From Candidatus Aenigmatarchaeota archaeon (GTDB lineage Archaea; Aenigmatarchaeota; Aenigmatarchaeia; Aenigmatarchaeales; DAIDAN01), in contig JAVHRC010000073.1 in the NCBI GenBank assembly GCA_036171435.1, positions 1 to 43,399 on the forward strand: a stretch of 43,399 bases of DNA, given 5' to 3'. Position numbers and translations under genes: made by a program. This document shows, piece after piece, positions 9,634 to 17,367 of this stretch. Numbering within the stretch: the stretch's first letter is position 1; each line of letters starts with the position of its first letter. The notes under the pieces are model-generated. The model made no database searches and was not told the origin of the DNA. It saw only the letters and a list, made by a program, of their open reading frames with translations.

Positions 9634-10011
9634 GTGATAAATTTGAATACAAAAGTTGTGAAGGGGCAATTCTTCATAATATCGGCTGTTATAATAGCCT
9701 CAATGCTACTTGTAGTCAGCCAGCATTTTTCCGGCTTTAGCAGAATATTGCTTACAAAAAATACGGAGATGGGCGAGCTTGAATACATCGGCATGATTAA
9801 AAAAAGCCTCAACAATACAATCAGGATTTCAGACTGCAGCAGACTTGAAGACGAGATTTCCGCTGCCGAAAGTTTCATGTCGAAGGAGCTTGTCGAGCAA
9901 GGCATTGAAATGTCAGCCAAGCACCAAATTATTTCGTGCGGCAGCGTGAAATTAAATTTCAACCTCTCAAGCCAGAATTTTTTCAGTTCCACCGAATTCC
10001 TGTATCCTTGA
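9634..10011 (+). CDS. Pilin-like protein (class III signal peptide), GTG start
   Basis: The N-terminus ...KVVKG/QFFIISAVIIASMLLVV has a KGQ motif plus hydrophobic helix. It is the last gene of the pilus cluster. Confidence 0.55.
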   Translation: MINLNTKVVKGQFFIISAVIIASMLLVVSQHFSGFSRILLTKNTEMGELEYIGMIKKSLNNTIRISDCSRLEDEISAAESFMSKELVEQGIEMSAKHQIISCGSVKLNFNLSSQNFFSSTEFLYP

Positions 10012-10019
10012 TTTCCTGA

Positions 10020-10033
10020 TTATATTTAAATAA
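10020..10033 (+). promoter_or_regulatory. TATA-like box for tRNA-Val(CAC)
   Basis: TTATATTTAAATAA is centred about 29 nt upstream of tRNA position 1, the usual archaeal TATA spacing. Confidence 0.4.
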
Positions 10034-10055
10034 ATCAGTGCATCATTTCTATTAT

Positions 10056-10201
10056 GGGTCTATAGTCTATCGGTAGGATGCTACCCTCACACGGTAGAGA
10101 GCCTGGTTCAATAAGCCCTTTTCTTTTTAATCCGAAAGTGCAAAAGAAAAGCGCTTGCGGAAAAGAAAATAAAGAAACTGAGATTCCGGGTAGACCCACC
10201 A
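10056..10201 (+). tRNA. tRNA-Val (anticodon CAC) with a 72-nt intron in the T-loop (59/60); CCA encoded
   Basis: Hand-folded. Acceptor GGGTCTA/TAGACCC, discriminator A. Anticodon arm CTACC-CTCACAC-GGTAG. T-stem CCTGG (10102-10106) / CCGGG (10186-10190). Spliced T-loop TTCAATT. Confidence 0.85.
10113..10184 (+). other. tRNA intron at 59/60 (hBH motif); diverged member of the shared intron family
   Basis: The T-stem forms the outer helix. The central 4-bp helix is TTCA (10107-10110) with TGAG (10179-10182). The 3-nt bulges are AT|A and AT|T. The core hairpin GCCCTTTTCTTTT/AAAAGAAAAGCGC and the purine-rich tail are homologous to 37068..37132 and 38531..38590. Confidence 0.75.
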
Positions 10202-10238
10202 TTAAACCATTTTCTGGCGGAAAGACAACTGATAATTG

Positions 10239-11042
10239 CTATTCGCTCTTTCCCGCATACGCCTCGCTAAACACAAGAAGCCCTTCCGCATCGCGCAGGT
10301 AAAGCGTGTCCCCGTTGTTGTTCCAGATTGCTTTTTTGCTGCACCAGAACAATTCCGCGCCCGCATTATTGCCGCATCCTGAGCGGATTTTTACGCTTTG
10401 GTTTGGCTCAATAAAAAGATTTCCGAACTTGTAAATCTTTGTCCCGGAATTTTTCACGGTCCAGCCAGCCATGTTTATTGTCATGCTGCAATTGTTTTTT
10501 AGATAAACAAACTCGTCGTTCAGGTTTTCATTATCATTGCCAAGCGCATCCCAATGAAACTCGGGGACGGAGATGCAATCAATATAATTTTCATCCGTTC
10601 TCCATAAACCGATATTACTTTCCCTTGCATATACCTCGGCTTTTTCAAGCTCCGCGGAATATTTTCCGTTCGGGGGAATGATGTAAACATTCGCAAACCC
10701 GTTTCTTATTATTTTTTCGTTTACAAATTCTCCGCCTATGAAGACATACCTGAGATGCCTCCCGTATTTGTCCATCTCTACAATATCCTTCTCCAATGTG
10801 ACATTCTTCCCGCCAATGAGGTTTTTCAAAAAAGTCGAGGCGTTATCATACAGCGGCTGCTTTTTTTCAGGCGTATTTATCCCGAGTATGCGCACAACAC
10901 CTCCGCCTTCAATCTCGAATGTGTCGCCGTCTATCACTCTTGCCACGAAAGCCGTCTCCGTGGAGGGTTTTGCAACCGCCTGTTGAATAAAAAATACGGA
11001 CACGGTAATCAAGATAGCAACGGCAAACGCAAGTTTGTTCAT
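10239..11042 (-). CDS. Secreted thermonuclease (SNase-like) fused to a lamin-tail-like (LTD) domain
   Basis: Signal peptide MNKLAFAVAILITVSVFFIQQAVA. SNase motifs VIDGDTFEI...RILGINTPE...DKYGRHLRYVF. The C-terminal segment FVYLKNN...MAGWTVKNSG...IRSGCG resembles LTD. Confidence 0.85.
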   Translation of the reverse strand: MNKLAFAVAILITVSVFFIQQAVAKPSTETAFVARVIDGDTFEIEGGGVVRILGINTPEKKQPLYDNASTFLKNLIGGKNVTLEKDIVEMDKYGRHLRYVFIGGEFVNEKIIRNGFANVYIIPPNGKYSAELEKAEVYARESNIGLWRTDENYIDCISVPEFHWDALGNDNENLNDEFVYLKNNCSMTINMAGWTVKNSGTKIYKFGNLFIEPNQSVKIRSGCGNNAGAELFWCSKKAIWNNNGDTLYLRDAEGLLVFSEAYAGKSE

Positions 11043-11104
11043 GATATTATTTCGGAATCCCGATTGAAAAGCATTTATTTAAAGATTGGATTTTATCTTT
11101 TATT

Positions 11105-11272
11105 ATGACAGATCCCGTTGTATTGAAAGTAACAGGCACCAAAGAAAATGGAACGTATTCTGTTAAAGATAAACTCGGAAGGGACTTATTTTCAATCTCG
11201 GTTAAAGAGGAAGAAAAAAGAGGAGTTATTTACAAAAAAGGTATTCCTCCCATTGAATTGATTATTGTATAA
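11105..11272 (+). CDS. Possible small ORF (55 aa), hypothetical
   Basis: ATG..TAA ORF below the ORF-track cutoff (MTDPVVLKVTGTKENGTYSVKDKLGRDLFSISVKEEEKRGVIYKKGIPPIELIIV) in an otherwise empty 240-nt gap. No family was recognised. Confidence 0.25.
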   Translation: MTDPVVLKVTGTKENGTYSVKDKLGRDLFSISVKEEEKRGVIYKKGIPPIELIIV

Positions 11273-11281
11273 ATAAAATAT

Positions 11282-12433
11282 TTACTCTTCCCTTATATTC
11301 GTTGCGCGAATCCTGTGCATGACTTTGTCGCGCTTTCTTTCCTTGTTCCTGATTATTATCTTTTCAATCTCGTCCAGGGCCTGCCCGGCGGCGTCGCGCA
11401 AGTCCCAGCCGATTGCGCGGCTTATGAAAATTCCCTTGTCCGTCATGAGCCTGCAGCGGATGGAATATTTTGTTTTTCCGCCCTTGTCATATCTTTTTAT
11501 GTGCATGAAAAGGAACTGGACCGGCAGGAACGAGGATATTTTCTGAAGCGTGTCGCGAATCATCCTGTCCGCGGTAGCTGCAACTATCGAGTCTTCCTTT
11601 CCGAGACCGGTAATCTGGACATACGCGCCCTTTTTCTGCCTTGTGCTAAGATAAAATTCTAGCAAGTCCCTTGTTGTCACAACACCTATTGGAATATCAT
11701 TTTCAATTATCACAATGCCCGAATTCTTGTACTTTATCATCATGTTTGATATTTCATTTAATTTTGTCTGCTTTACTGCGTACAGCGGCTCGTTGTTCAT
11801 AATCGTTGATACCTGCACCCCCATTATGGTTTCCTTCTCCGCGGCCATGGAATACCAGGTCATCTTCTCGCTTGGTTTTACCGCCTTAAGCAGGTCAAAA
11901 GTCGCAACCACACCACGCAGCTTCCCCTCCGCGTCAACGACAGGCAGCCGCGAAATATTTTTCTCCCTCATAAGAACGCGCGCTTTCCCTATGTCACTGT
12001 CAATGTTTATCACTTCGGAAGCGCTCATTATGCTTTCCGCCGAAGCTTCCTTGAATTCCGGCTGCTTGGAAAACGCGTTAAGAAGGTCAAAAACGGAAAT
12101 TATTCCCGATATGCTGCCGCCTGAACAGACGGGAACGGCGCGGAATCCGGCCTGAAAAATCGTATCCGCAGCCTCCTCAAGTGTGCTGTCCTCGTTCAAT
12201 GCCTGAATTCTTGTAATGAGAGGCTCAAGCTTTTCCTTGGAAGGGTCTGAAAATCTTTTTGCCGCGATTGTCTTATAATGGACTATGCCGAGAAACTTTT
12301 TCCCGTCAACTATCGGAACTTCGTGCACGTGATGCTGATCCATCAGGCCGATGAACTTGCTCACCGTGTCCTTCGGGCCGAGCGTCAGCACATTTTTGCT
12401 CATAACGTCCTTTACCAGCATAATAATCAACAA
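11282..12433 (-). CDS. Four-CBS-domain protein fused to a C-terminal HPF/RaiA (ribosome hibernation factor)-like domain
   Basis: Repeated CBS signatures (VMSKNVLTL..., HEVPIVDGKKFLGIV, ISRLPVVDAEGKLRGVVATFDLL, SGIVIIENDIPIGVVTTRDLL). The C-terminal ~100 aa (YVQITGLGKED...RDTLQKI...FMHIKRYDKGGKTKYSIRCRLMTDKGIFISRAIGWDLRDAAGQALDEIEKIIIRNKERK) follows the beta-alpha-beta-beta-beta-alpha pattern of YfiA/HPF. Confidence 0.7.
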   Translation of the reverse strand: MLIIMLVKDVMSKNVLTLGPKDTVSKFIGLMDQHHVHEVPIVDGKKFLGIVHYKTIAAKRFSDPSKEKLEPLITRIQALNEDSTLEEAADTIFQAGFRAVPVCSGGSISGIISVFDLLNAFSKQPEFKEASAESIMSASEVINIDSDIGKARVLMREKNISRLPVVDAEGKLRGVVATFDLLKAVKPSEKMTWYSMAAEKETIMGVQVSTIMNNEPLYAVKQTKLNEISNMMIKYKNSGIVIIENDIPIGVVTTRDLLEFYLSTRQKKGAYVQITGLGKEDSIVAATADRMIRDTLQKISSFLPVQFLFMHIKRYDKGGKTKYSIRCRLMTDKGIFISRAIGWDLRDAAGQALDEIEKIIIRNKERKRDKVMHRIRATNIREE

Positions 12434-12590
12434 TATTTTTGGTTTCGAGATTATTTAAATAGAAATTATTTGGAATATATGCTTGAACTTGATTCTCCGC
12501 CATCAACGGAATATAATCCGCCGGTTACGTAATTCGCTTCATCTGATGCAAGAAAAGCTGCGACATTATTACGTTTGATTTTTCTATAAT

Positions 12591-13457
12591 TCATCCACTT
12601 AACTTTTTGCTTAAATAATTCTTCTTGAAATCAGCCATCAAATATGCTCCTGCAATATTATCTGTCTTGAATGCCAAATAAAGATATGCTTCCTTTGGAA
12701 AGAAACGATACAATTTTGAGAAATAGCTGTCTTTCACTGGCTTTGTTTCAACATAGCCTTTTTCCTCAGCCAAATCCAATAATTCTTTACCTTTACTGTT
12801 TCTTATAAAAGCTATTGACCAGCCTTTTGGAGCGCCAAGAGTGCCAAAAGAAATATCAGAATCCTTACCAAGATAATCATTGCATTTCTTGCAATTATCA
12901 TGTATGCAATCAACAGTCCTGCTCACGGGAATATCTATCCTTTTGTCTTCAGTTTCAAAATGAAAATACGGCATAAAATTTCTCGTATTTCTTAAAGCAT
13001 ATCTCTTTATCTCGGAAGGTTCGATTCCATTCTTTTTTATGAGACTTACGAATTTCTTATAGTTGTAATTTGTTCCGCATGCTATTCCAATAAGGTATTT
13101 TATATTGAACTTATCGCGCAACTTGCTGGCGGCGGCAACATGGCAGGGCAATCCGACAAATGCTATCTTTTCATTTTTCTTTACTTTTGACAAAGCGGGA
13201 ATATGCGAAGAATAAGTGTGTCTCATCCCGGCGCCTGATAAAATCTCTTTCTGGGATTTCGCGTAAATCGGTTCCGGTTTTAGCGGATTTTCTCCGTCTT
13301 TTGTCGCAATTACCCCGTCTATCTTGCCGCTTTCAAAAGCTGATAGCAAGACGGAAGTGACAGAGCCAGAATAAGATGAACCCGAGCAAGAACTGTCTGC
13401 CTTTACCCCTCTTACAAGAACCGCTTTCTCATAATTCCCGAGAATATTTCTTTGCAT
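12591..13457 (-). CDS. FrhB-family protein (coenzyme F420 hydrogenase/dehydrogenase beta-subunit-like flavo/FeS protein)
   Basis: SVTSVLLSAFESGKIDGVIATK, IAFVGLPCHVAAASKL, IGIACGTNY and CKKCNDYLGKDSDISFGTLG match the conserved FrhB N/C-domain blocks. It overlaps the upstream radical SAM gene by 29 nt. Confidence 0.75.
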   Translation of the reverse strand: MQRNILGNYEKAVLVRGVKADSSCSGSSYSGSVTSVLLSAFESGKIDGVIATKDGENPLKPEPIYAKSQKEILSGAGMRHTYSSHIPALSKVKKNEKIAFVGLPCHVAAASKLRDKFNIKYLIGIACGTNYNYKKFVSLIKKNGIEPSEIKRYALRNTRNFMPYFHFETEDKRIDIPVSRTVDCIHDNCKKCNDYLGKDSDISFGTLGAPKGWSIAFIRNSKGKELLDLAEEKGYVETKPVKDSYFSKLYRFFPKEAYLYLAFKTDNIAGAYLMADFKKNYLSKKLSG

Positions 13458-14538
13458 CTGTATCTACCCAAAGACAGAATGGGTCGGGAGCTTTTATATC
13501 TCCATAATATCCCACAGCAGCACACCTGCAGCCTCCCACGCATTCTTTTCCGTAATCACACTGATTACAAGCATCAATGTTTTTAACATTTCTAAAATAG
13601 TCAAAATGTTTGGCATCTTTCCAAAGATTTGTTATATCATCTGTCAGTATATTTCCAACTTCAAACTCTTTAAAGTTTCCTATAGGACACGGAAGTATGG
13701 TTCCTTCTGGCGATAATGCGCAGACGAGCTCTCCTTGCAGGCATGAACGATAAGATATTTTTTCAACATTTCCAGTTTTCTGCAATTCTAATTCTTTTAC
13801 ATAGCTATAGGGCTCTTCAACATCTATCAAGCCGACTTTTTCAGTTGTAATGTCATTTTCCAATAAGCTTTTCAGTAAGTTACAATAGCTTGATTTGCCG
13901 ATGCTTAAGTCATTATAATCTGTCTTTCCTTTTCCTGCAGGCATTAGTCTCATTATTCTATACTCGTCTGCTCCAATGCTTTCAGAAAGTTTTAGTAAGT
14001 TCACTATATCATTATGATTAATTTTCATGATTGTTGAGCAAACGCTTGTTCTTATTCCGGAATCTATAGAGCTTTTGATAGAATCAACAGCTTTTTTGAA
14101 CGAGCCACTCCTTCTGCGTATCATGTCATGCAAGCTTTCATAACTCCCGTCAAGGCTTATCTGTATTCTGCCTATTCCTGCTTTTTCTATTTTGTTTATA
14201 TTGTCTTTTATTTTCAGCCCGTTTGATATTAACGATAATCCTAGTCCTATATTATTCGCATGCTCAGCTATCTCAAAAAAATCACTCCTTTCTATAGGTT
14301 CTCCTCCGCAGAAAGTCACAAGTTTTGCGCCACTTTCAGCTATTTTATCCACAACTTGAATTGCTCTTTCTGTTGAGAGTTCGGTGTTCATATCAGTATG
14401 CGCATAGCACTGTATGCAATTCTGAGAGCATTTGTGTGTAAAGTTCCAATAGAACTGTTTTATTTTTCCATCTCTAATTTCTTTAATCTTTGTATAGGAT
14501 TTTAGTTCCTTAGAGAAGTTGAATTTCCATCTTACCAT
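13429..14538 (-). CDS. Radical SAM enzyme with a C-terminal SPASM-like Cys cluster
   Basis: CSQNCIQC (CxxxCxxC) near the N-terminus and a GGEP motif (FCGGEPIER). The C-terminus carries CALSPEGTILPC...CNQCDYGKECVGGCRCAA. Confidence 0.85.
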   Translation of the reverse strand: MVRWKFNFSKELKSYTKIKEIRDGKIKQFYWNFTHKCSQNCIQCYAHTDMNTELSTERAIQVVDKIAESGAKLVTFCGGEPIERSDFFEIAEHANNIGLGLSLISNGLKIKDNINKIEKAGIGRIQISLDGSYESLHDMIRRRSGSFKKAVDSIKSSIDSGIRTSVCSTIMKINHNDIVNLLKLSESIGADEYRIMRLMPAGKGKTDYNDLSIGKSSYCNLLKSLLENDITTEKVGLIDVEEPYSYVKELELQKTGNVEKISYRSCLQGELVCALSPEGTILPCPIGNFKEFEVGNILTDDITNLWKDAKHFDYFRNVKNIDACNQCDYGKECVGGCRCAAVGYYGDIKAPDPFCLWVDTDAKKYSREL

Positions 14539-14588
14539 AGTCTCACTTTCTTAATTCAAAAAATTAGATTTTTTTCTTTATATTTAAA

Positions 14589-15236
14589 TCACGGCTTGAA
14601 GAACGTCACGGAGAAATATCTGACCTTGTTTTCATCGTCAACGACAGCCCAGAGCATGTTCGCGCGGATGTTGTGCGCAAGGCGGACGGCGCGCGACATT
14701 TCCTGAAATCCGAAAACGAACTTTTTCGGCACAGCAAAAACAATCCATTTCGTGTGCTCGTGCGCCTGCTTCTGCCCGCGCTTCAGCGGCTTGACGCCGC
14801 GGTTGTATACGCGGAAATCGCAGCCGAACTTGAATCCGGTTCTTGTCGGCAAACCGCGCTCTCGCAAGTCCTTGTAGACAATGTATCTTTCCCAAAACCG
14901 CGGGTCAATCTCGGAGCAATATTTGTAAAATTCGCCGGATGCAATATTTTTTCCATTATCCAACAATTCAATTTTATTTTTCTCAAGCAAAAGCGCAGCC
15001 TCTATCAGCGCAAGTTCTAACCTATCCTCCTTCAGCTTCCCGTAAAAGTCATTCTCGAAAATATCTTTCGCTTCCTCCCTGTCCCAGACAAAAACCTTGT
15101 CTTCCGCGAGCCGCGCCTCTATCTTCTTTTGCGATTTTTGTTCTTCTTTTTGAAGTTCTGGAAGACGCACTTCCTCTTTCCTCTCTTTTTTCTGCTTGTT
15201 TTTCTTGGGCATAATCATCACATTATTTATTTTCAC
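14589..15236 (-). CDS. endA: tRNA-splicing endonuclease, catalytic-type (alpha-like) subunit with a Lys/Glu-rich N-terminal extension
   Basis: YKDLRERGLPTRTGFKFGCDFRVY...AHEHTKWIVF...AVRLAHNIR matches the EndA C-terminal catalytic domain, including the Tyr (FRVY) and His (EHTKW). The start is uncertain: GTG at 15236 overlaps the upstream stop, and ATGs at 15218/15212 are possible. Confidence 0.85.
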   Translation of the reverse strand: MKINNVMIMPKKNKQKKERKEEVRLPELQKEEQKSQKKIEARLAEDKVFVWDREEAKDIFENDFYGKLKEDRLELALIEAALLLEKNKIELLDNGKNIASGEFYKYCSEIDPRFWERYIVYKDLRERGLPTRTGFKFGCDFRVYNRGVKPLKRGQKQAHEHTKWIVFAVPKKFVFGFQEMSRAVRLAHNIRANMLWAVVDDENKVRYFSVTFFKP

Positions 15237-15754
15237 GGCTGGAGCTCGTTCAGAATATAATACGTGCAGTCCGAATCGTTGTCAACAATCGCCCATAACG
15301 CTATCGTCCTGATGTTCTGCGCGAGTTTTGTGGCGCGCTCGAGCAAATCAAGGCCGCAGGGATAGTCCTCGCCCGCAACGAAAACAATCCATTTCACGTT
15401 CTCGGCTTTTTCCGGCTTCGCGCCGCGCTCGTAAACGCGGAAGTCGCTTCCCTTGAAGCCTATCCGGACCGGCAGACCGCGCTCGCGCAGGTCCTTGTAA
15501 ACCGCGTAAAGCGATGCAAACCTCTTGTTCCTTGAGCAGAAATGGTAGAAATCCGCGAACTTCATTTTCTTTCCATCAAGAATTATGTCAAGCCTTCCGC
15601 GCTCCTGCAGAAGCAGTGCCTCCGCGAAACCAAGCTCAAGTTTCTCGTCTTTCAGATTTCCATACCAGCCCGAATCGAAAATATCCTTTGCCGCTGAAGC
15701 GTCCTCCACAACCACTTTATCATCAATCACTTTTCCTTCCGCCATTTTTATCAC
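15233..15754 (-). CDS. tRNA-splicing endonuclease paralog, structural-type (beta-like) subunit
   Basis: Same fold signature (YKDLRERGLPVRIGFKGSDFRVYERGAKP...VKWIVF...ATKLAQNIR), but the His-containing insert of the neighbouring paralog is absent. It is translationally coupled to 14589..15236. Confidence 0.8.
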   Translation of the reverse strand: MIKMAEGKVIDDKVVVEDASAAKDIFDSGWYGNLKDEKLELGFAEALLLQERGRLDIILDGKKMKFADFYHFCSRNKRFASLYAVYKDLRERGLPVRIGFKGSDFRVYERGAKPEKAENVKWIVFVAGEDYPCGLDLLERATKLAQNIRTIALWAIVDNDSDCTYYILNELQP

Positions 15755-15835
15755 TTGACAAATCTTTAGCTCTAAAAGAATCTCTTTGAAGGCTTATAAA
15801 TGCAAATTGTCTCCAAGAAATAAAACCGGCGGTTT

Positions 15836-16402
15836 TCAGTCAATATTCACTCCCCTGACAGCGAGTTTTATCCTGCAGCTTTTGCAGAAGTCCTTCTGCT
15901 TCGCGTCAACGTCGCGCGCGCTCGGGGAAAAACTCATTACGCAAAAAGGGTGTATGCAATGGTCAAGACCGATATGATGGCCGATTTCATGCATTACTTC
16001 CTTTACGGCGCGGTCTTTCAGCACCATGCTGTTCGGATGCTCCTTGTAGAACTCGGGCTTCAACCTTGCCGTCGAAACAAGAAGGCAGCTGGCTTGCGGC
16101 TCCTCAATCCCGAAAACAAAATTCATCCCGTTATAATAAATGTCATCCTCGGTTATCCCGAGCGTTGGCATGTCCTTCTCGATAAAAACTCCCTTGGATG
16201 TTTTTGAAAGAATATCTATCACTTTCGCGGAATCATACTGCCTTCTCATCTGGTTCCAGGAAATTCGCGGGGTTTCTATTCCCGCCAATATCTTGAACCT
16301 CACGTTTATGAATTCCTCCACTTCGCCGCACACTTCCACCACGAATTTTCCGCTTATCCTCCCAACAGGCACCACTCGCACAAACATGATATTATTTGGC
16401 AT
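15836..16402 (-). CDS. amzA: Archaemetzincin (M54 zinc metallopeptidase)
   Basis: The signature HEIGHHIGLDHC...PFCVM...CKSC matches HExxHxxGxxHCxxxxCxM...CxxC. Confidence 0.9.
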   Translation of the reverse strand: MPNNIMFVRVVPVGRISGKFVVEVCGEVEEFINVRFKILAGIETPRISWNQMRRQYDSAKVIDILSKTSKGVFIEKDMPTLGITEDDIYYNGMNFVFGIEEPQASCLLVSTARLKPEFYKEHPNSMVLKDRAVKEVMHEIGHHIGLDHCIHPFCVMSFSPSARDVDAKQKDFCKSCRIKLAVRGVNID

Positions 16403-16460
16403 GACAAAGTTAAAAAGGTTCGCGTTTATAACAGGTTACGGTAATTATGATGTGATTATT

Positions 16461-16931
16461 ATGGAAGAGATACTTGTGCCTGCGGACAGGATAGGCGTGT
16501 TCAACAGAAACACAATCGAAGCGATAGAAAAAGAGGCTGGCGTAAGATTGGAAAGAAAGGACAACATAATAATTGTTTCAGGGGAAGGCATGGAAGTTTA
16601 CCAGGCAGCGCTTGTTGTCAAGGCAATAGGAAGGGGGTTCGCCCCGATACGTGCCATGAAAATTCTTCTAAAGGAAATGCAGTTCGAAATTATAGAGATA
16701 GACGGCAGCGAGAAGCAGGTTAAAAGGATAAAAAGCAGGATTATCGGAACCTGCGGAAAAGCCAGAAGGAGAATGGAATACCTTTCCGATTGCATGATTT
16801 CCGTTTATGGGAACACCGTCTCAATTATCGGCCCGCCTGAAAAAATATTCAACACGAAAAAGGCAATTGAAATGATTATCAAGGGCTCAACCCACAACAC
16901 GGTTTACATGATTTTGGAGAAAGCGAAATGA
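16461..16931 (+). CDS. KH-domain RNA-binding protein (Pno1/Dim2-like)
   Basis: MEEILVPADRIGVFNRNTIEAIEKEAGVRLE...AIGRGF...IIGTCGKARRRMEYLSDCMISVYGNTVSIIG shows two KH-like repeats. The ORF-track start at 16140 overlaps amzA antisense, so I use the in-frame ATG at 16461. Confidence 0.7.
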   Translation: MEEILVPADRIGVFNRNTIEAIEKEAGVRLERKDNIIIVSGEGMEVYQAALVVKAIGRGFAPIRAMKILLKEMQFEIIEIDGSEKQVKRIKSRIIGTCGKARRRMEYLSDCMISVYGNTVSIIGPPEKIFNTKKAIEMIIKGSTHNTVYMILEKAK

Positions 16932-16977
16932 ATTATCTTTAAATCGTTTATTCGCCATTTATTCTTTGTGATATTTT

Positions 16978-17220
16978 ATGCTGGAATATTATTATAATAT
17001 GATTGTTCCTGCAATCGGTTTAGGCACTTATTTTGCAACTCAGATAATTCATTATTCAATTGTTAAAGAAGATTTGAAATTTCTAAATAAACTTAATATA
17101 ACAACTGCAAAAAGAGAGTCTGAAATATTCTTAATGATTACAGATAATATTACAGCGAAAATTTTAGTTCCCGGCTCAAGATTAGCATACGCGCAGTATT
17201 TGCAGAAAAAATCTTTATAA
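16978..17220 (+). CDS. Hypothetical small protein
   Basis: 80-aa ORF with one hydrophobic segment in an AT-rich gap. No family was recognised. Confidence 0.3.
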   Translation: MLEYYYNMIVPAIGLGTYFATQIIHYSIVKEDLKFLNKLNITTAKRESEIFLMITDNITAKILVPGSRLAYAQYLQKKSL

Positions 17221-17367
17221 GGCTTGCGACATAAAAATATTTTACAAGGTTTCTTAAAAAATTCTTGAATCGTGTTTTCCGTGCAGAAACGCTTTTATAT
17301 GCTTCTCACGAATTAAAGGAAGCCTTACATTTTTGGCAACAATCAGCAAATAATCGAATTTTAAAAG

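Noticed and set aside
10078-10302. 74-aa ORF with a Lys-rich peptide (KVQKKSACGKENKETEI)
   Set aside because: It reads through tRNA-Val(CAC) and its purine-rich intron into the 3' end of the nuclease gene on the other strand. This is an artefact of the intron sequence.
16140-16460. N-terminal extension of the KH-domain ORF
   Set aside because: It overlaps archaemetzincin on the opposite strand and has no recognisable sequence features. The KH protein starts naturally at MEEILVP.
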